Shown piece by piece: positions 37,694-39,508 of a stretch of 39,508 bases of DNA. The position numbers and the translations under genes are program-made. The notes beneath the pieces were generated by a model that saw nothing but the letters and a program-made list of their open reading frames with translations, did no database searches and had not been told where the DNA came from. Every line of letters starts with the position of its first letter. Within the stretch, counting starts at the first letter, position 1. The stretch lies in NCBI GenBank assembly GCA_051866635.1, contig JBJDXJ010000031.1:1-39508 (forward strand), given 5' to 3'. This stretch comes from Clostridia bacterium. Its GTDB lineage: Bacteria; Bacillota; Clostridia; UMGS1883.

Positions 37694-39508
37694 ATGAAGA
37701 ACAAAAAGGCAGCAAAAATTGTAAAATGTGTTGTAGCAGTTCTGGTTGTGGCGGCATTGGCGGCAGGCGGTATTTTTATTTTTAAAAACCGCAAAACAGA
37801 AGAAACGGAAGAAGCAATTCCAACTGCTGTGGCAACAAGACGGACAATCGTTAACACCGTTACAGGCTCAGGCACTGTCGAAGCCTATGAAACCTACAAC
37901 ATTGTTCCCAAGGTTACAGGCGATATAATTTACTGTAATGTGGAAGAAGGGGACTGGGTTGAGGAAGATCAGGTCTTGTACAGATTTGACTCTGAAAAAA
38001 GTGACAACGCCATCAAAACAGCTACAAACAGTGTGGAATCTGCCAAGCTTTCCCTTGATACAGCAAAGGAAAATGTAGAAAAGCTTACTGTAACTGCAAA
38101 GGAACAGGGAATTGTAAGCAATCTTACAGTTCTTGTGGGCGAAAATGTCAGCGGAAATATATGCACTCTTACAGATAATACATACATGATTGCCGAAATC
38201 CCCGTAGCTGTAGGCATGGTGGGAAATATTCATGTGGGCGAAGAAGTAAGTGTAAGCCTTGAAAAGTACATGACAACAGTTACAGCTACTGTTGACAGAA
38301 TTTCAGGTGCTTCCTTTGCAGGTGAAAAAGGTGCCATGGTTAAAACTGTGGACGTTAAAATTACAAACCCCGGCTCAATCGAAGAAGGTACAATGGCTTA
38401 TGCAACTTTCCATACTTCGCAGGGTGACATTGAAGGTGCACAGGCGGCAGAGCTTCATTACCCTTCAAGCAGTAAGGTAACGGCTGAACAGTCCGGTACA
38501 CTGGTAAAACTTACCGTTAAGAACGGTGACTGGGTAAACAAGGGTCAGGTAATTGCCGTTCTGGAAAATTCCTCCGTTGAAAACCAGCTTACAAATGCCA
38601 CTATGAGTTATGACAATGCTGTTTCAAACCTCAGCGACAGAAAAAAGGAAGCGGAAGACTATACCGTTACTTCCCCTATTGCAGGCAAAGTGCTGGAAAA
38701 GACATATAAAAAGGGCGACACCGTTGCAGGCAGTAACTCCACAACATTAATGGTAGTTGCCGATACTACAAAAATGAAATTTACAATCAATGTAGACGAA
38801 CTTGACGTAGCAAAAATTGCTGTAGGACAGAGCGTTGAAATAACAGCAGATGCTATCGAGGGTGTAAATTTTGAAGGTATTATTGAAAATGTTTCAATGC
38901 TCGGCACATCTTCCTCCGGTGTAACATATTACCCCGTAGTTGTAAGAATTGATGAGCCCGGTGACCTTATGCCCGGCATGAACGTAAGTGCTGAAATTAT
39001 TGCCGAAAGAGCAGACAATGTTGTAGCCGTTCCCACAGGTGCCGTAACATATTATGACGGTAAGTATTATGTTACTGTTGTAGGTGAAGTGGACCTTGGT
39101 ACCAATATGGGTAAGGATATGGCAGATGTAGGCGAACAGGCACCCTTTGAAATGTCTTCTATGCCTGAAGGAGGCGAACAGCCACCCTTTGAAATGTCCT
39201 CTATGCCTGAAGGCGGCATGGGCGGCGGTATGCCACAGGGTGAAATGGGAGGAACAATGGGCGATATGCTCCAAGGTTCACAAAGTCAGCACGGCGGCAA
39301 GGGACAGAAAGGCACAAAGGGTGAAGAGGCTAACGGTGATATAACAGCAAATCAGACTATGTACGAAGAAGCACGGCGTGTTGAAGTTACAACAGGTGTT
39401 TCCGATGACGATTATATTGAAATTAAAGAAGGTATATCTGTAGGTCAGATAGTTAATGTTACAGACTCATCACAGTCAAGCTCTTCCGGCTTCTTTGGCG
39501 GCATGGGC
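37694..39508 (+). CDS. Efflux periplasmic adaptor / membrane-fusion protein (HlyD/MacA-like), 3'-truncated by window edge
   Basis: Not in ORF track (no stop in window). MKNKK + TM anchor; lipoyl-like halves VEEGDWV, VKNGDWV, VTSPIAGKV; VDELDVAKIAVGQ; LMPGMNVSAEI. Confidence 0.9.
   Translation, partial: MKNKKAAKIVKCVVAVLVVAALAAGGIFIFKNRKTEETEEAIPTAVATRRTIVNTVTGSGTVEAYETYNIVPKVTGDIIYCNVEEGDWVEEDQVLYRFDSEKSDNAIKTATNSVESAKLSLDTAKENVEKLTVTAKEQGIVSNLTVLVGENVSGNICTLTDNTYMIAEIPVAVGMVGNIHVGEEVSVSLEKYMTTVTATVDRISGASFAGEKGAMVKTVDVKITNPGSIEEGTMAYATFHTSQGDIEGAQAAELHYPSSSKVTAEQSGTLVKLTVKNGDWVNKGQVIAVLENSSVENQLTNATMSYDNAVSNLSDRKKEAEDYTVTSPIAGKVLEKTYKKGDTVAGSNSTTLMVVADTTKMKFTINVDELDVAKIAVGQSVEITADAIEGVNFEGIIENVSMLGTSSSGVTYYPVVVRIDEPGDLMPGMNVSAEIIAERADNVVAVPTGAVTYYDGKYYVTVVGEVDLGTNMGKDMADVGEQAPFEMSSMPEGGEQPPFEMSSMPEGGMGGGMPQGEMGGTMGDMLQGSQSQHGGKGQKGTKGEEANGDITANQTMYEEARRVEVTTGVSDDDYIEIKEGISVGQIVNVTDSSQSSSSGFFGGMG
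39130..39213 (+). repeat. Two 42-bp in-frame tandem repeats (GEQxPFEMSSMPEG)
   Basis: AGGCGAACAGSCACCCTTTGAAATGTCYTCTATGCCTGAAGG x2, 2 mismatches. Confidence 0.9.

Overview
Chromosomal window from a low-GC Firmicute, probably Clostridia (inferred from gene order and sigmaA-type promoters). Bases 1-14244 are the conserved S10-spc-alpha ribosomal superoperon (rplD partial to rplQ, with secY, adk, map, a KOW gene, infA and rpoA). It is followed by a REP-like doublet, a 1419-aa secreted multidomain surface protein with a long structured leader, and an unannotated 52-aa acidic YxxP peptide. Next come a Cys-cluster protein, metA, a degenerate GH106-like protein, rpsF-ssb-rpsR, a divergent EF-G paralog and recJ-rel-MBL-hemZ. 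The most notable part is an AT-rich island of about 4.2 kb (33246-37506) bracketed by two inverted ~65-bp hairpin elements. It holds a tyrosine recombinase, then a ~250-bp segment flanked by 22-bp inverted repeats and containing a promoter that currently points away from the downstream genes, then a double-glycine-type peptide precursor and its C39-peptidase ABC exporter. This looks like a phase-variable (invertible promoter) secreted-peptide or bacteriocin module captured in the OFF state, which is an inference from sequence only. The window ends inside an efflux periplasmic-adaptor gene.
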